64,000 nt of DNA, from positions 5,704,001 to 5,768,000 of the forward strand of contig NC_090338.1 of assembly GCF_035084215.1 (NCBI RefSeq), written 5' to 3'. Below the pieces are notes generated by a model that was given only the letters and a program-made list of their open reading frames with translations, was not told the origin of the DNA and searched no databases. Below are positions 61,654 to 64,000 of this stretch, piece after piece. The translations under genes were made by a program, and so were the position numbers. Each line of letters starts with the position of its first letter. The stretch's first letter is position 1. Origin of the DNA: Heptranchias perlo (lineage: Eukaryota).

Positions 61654-62739
61654 ATTTTTGTTTAGAGCTAGAGGCTTAATCACATTTAACGCCGCCTTTC
61701 ACATATGTATGACCACATTAATCTATTCCACTTCGAGAAAAGCAGTTCTGCTTTGGAAAAAATTAACAGGCACAGAATCTCCCTCGCCTCCTTGTTTTAT
61801 CCCATTTAAAAAACTCACATTTTAATGTCTGAAAATGCTTCCCACAAGTTACTTTTGGTGTGTGGTTACTGTTATGTTTGCAAAAGCAGGAACCAAATTA
61901 CACACAGCAAGATCCCGCAAACAGCACTGAGGTGAATGACCAGTTAATCTGTTTTGATTGGTACAACTTGGCTAAGACACATTCAATATGAGGGACTTCA
62001 GTTACGTGGAGAGACTGGAGAAGCTGGGATTGTTCTCCTTGGAACAGAGGAGGTTAAAGGGAGATTTGATAGAGGTGTTCAAAATGATGAATGTGGAACT
62101 CGCTACCATATGCAGTGGTTGAGGCAGTTAAAGATGCATTTAAGGGGAAGCTAGATAAGCATATGAGGGAGAAAGGAATATGATATGCTGATAGGGTGAG
62201 GTGAAGTAGGGAGGGAGGAGGCTCGTGTGGAGCATAAACACCGGCATAGACCTGATGGACCGAATGGCCTGTTTCTGTGCTGTGAAGTCTATGTGTGAGG
62301 GGTCCTGATAGAGTAAATAGAGAGAAACTGTTTCCACTGGCAACGAGAGGACACAGATATAAGATAATTGGCCAAAGAGCCAGAGGGGAGATTAGGAAAG
62401 AAATTTTTACGCAGTGAGTTGTTATGATCTGGAATGCGCTGCCTGAAAGGAAGCAGATTCAATAGTAAATTTCAAAAGGGAATTGGATAAATACTTGAAG
62501 GGGAAAGATTTACAGGGTTATGGGGAAAGAGCAGGGGAATGGGACTAATTGGATAGCCCGTTCAAAGAGCCGGAACACGCACAATGGGCCGAATGGCCTC
62601 TTTCTGTGCTATAAGATTCTATGATTCGATGAATATATTAGCAGGGCCACTGATTAATAGGAATATAGGAATTGTTAGTGGCTGAATAAGTCAAATTGTG
62701 TTTTTAAAACAAAGCATTTCGGGCAGTGCAGTGGTTTTG

Positions 62740-63790
62740 GCAGTGCCACTGACCCTTTAATCCCATGGGCTTCAATTTTGCTAACAAGTCTATTTTGTGG
62801 CACTTTATCAAATGCCTTTTGAAAGTCCATATACACAACATCAACCACACTACCCTCATCAACCCTCTCTGTTACCGCATCAAAAAACTCAATCAAGTTA
62901 ATTAAACACGATTTGCCTTTAACAAATCCGTGCTGGCTTTCCTTAATCAATCCACACTTGTCCAAGTGACTATTAATTTTGTGCTGGATTATCGTTTCTA
63001 AACTGACTGGCCTGTAGTTGCCAGGTTTATCCTTACACCCTTTTTTGAACAAGGGTGTAATATTTGCAATTCTCCAGTCCTCTGGCACCACCCCTGTATC
63101 TAAGGATGTTTGGAAGATTATGGCCAGCACCTCTGCAATTTCCACCCTTACTTCCCTCAGCAACCTAGGATGCATCCCATCCGGACCGGGTGACTTATCG
63201 ACTTTAAGTACAGCCAGCCTTTCTAGTACCTCATCTTTATCAATTTTTAGCCCATCCAGTATCTCAACTACCTCCTCTTTTACTGTGACTTTGGCAGCAT
63301 CTTCTTCCTTGGTTAGGACAGATGCAAAGTACTCATTTAGAACCTCGGCCATGCCCTCTGTCGCCATGTTAGATCTCCTTTTTGGTCCCTCTCTTACTAC
63401 CCATTTATTGTTTATATGCCTATAGAAGACTTTTGGATTCCCTTTTATGTTGACCGTCAGTCTATTCTCATACTCTCCCTTTGCCCCTCTTATTTCTTTT
63501 TTCACTTCCCCTCTGAACTTTTTATATTCAGCCTGGTTCTCACTTGTATTATCAACCTGACATCTCTCATACGCCCCCTTTCTCTGCTTCATCTTACTCT
63601 CTATCTCTTTCATCATCCAGGGAGCTCTGGATTTGGTCGTCCTCGTGGGAATGTACCTAGACTGTCCCCGAACCATCTCCTCATTAAAGGTCGCCCTTCG
63701 TTCATCCGAATCAAATTCACATTTGTCATTAGTCTTTGTGTATTGAACTTTATAGTCGGTGACTGCTTCGGTTCTTAGTCTCTGTAAGAA
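62740..63790 (-). mobile_element. CR1 ORF2 internal fragment
   Basis: ORF 62675-63799 with KSPGPDGMHPRLL, NYRPVSL, QHGF and [12 protein letters not shown]. Confidence 0.9.
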
Positions 63791-64000
63791 TATATACAAG
63801 TATATCTACATGTTGACTGAATCTTAAAGCAGGTTAAATGTAATATATTGATTAGATGTAGTAAATTGTGTTTGTCATAAAATCTATGGTAAAGGCAATT
63901 TAAAACAAAATTGTTACGATTGTGCTAAATCTCACTGCGGCCCAGTGATGTTAAGCCCAGTGTCAGGTGATATCCAGATCAGATCTATGCTGCTTCAACA

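Overview
Repeat-rich vertebrate genomic DNA, most likely from a cartilaginous fish. This is inferred from the repeat landscape (abundant CR1 and L2 LINEs, Deu-domain SINEs, Penelope-type fragments) and the CD74 sequence. Two spliced protein-coding genes lie on the minus strand, in the order and orientation I recall for human 5q33. RPS14 has a non-coding TOP exon at ~61069-61107 and four coding exons spanning 57751-46081 (151 aa). CD74 (MHC class II invariant chain) has eight coding exons spanning 20029-627, including the CLIP exon and the symmetric thyroglobulin type-1 'p41' exon; its last exon is uncertain. Main non-obvious observations: (1) each of the four RPS14 introns carries one ~128-130 nt H/ACA snoRNA resembling SNORA63/E3, with two pockets complementary to 28S rRNA; (2) three TSD-flanked ~210-225 bp palindromic Penelope-type insertions, plus one fragment, carry minimal hammerhead ribozyme motifs; (3) a five-copy repeat between CD74 and RPS14 resembles an MHC S-X1-X2 enhancer module with 15-16 bp S-X spacing; (4) there are NF-kB/PU.1/CCAAT, ISRE/GAS and RFX-Y motif clusters around CD74. 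Most ORFs in the supplied track are LINE fragments or their antisense shadows. Repeat boundaries are approximate. Family names, comparison sequences and rRNA numbering come from memory, not from a search.
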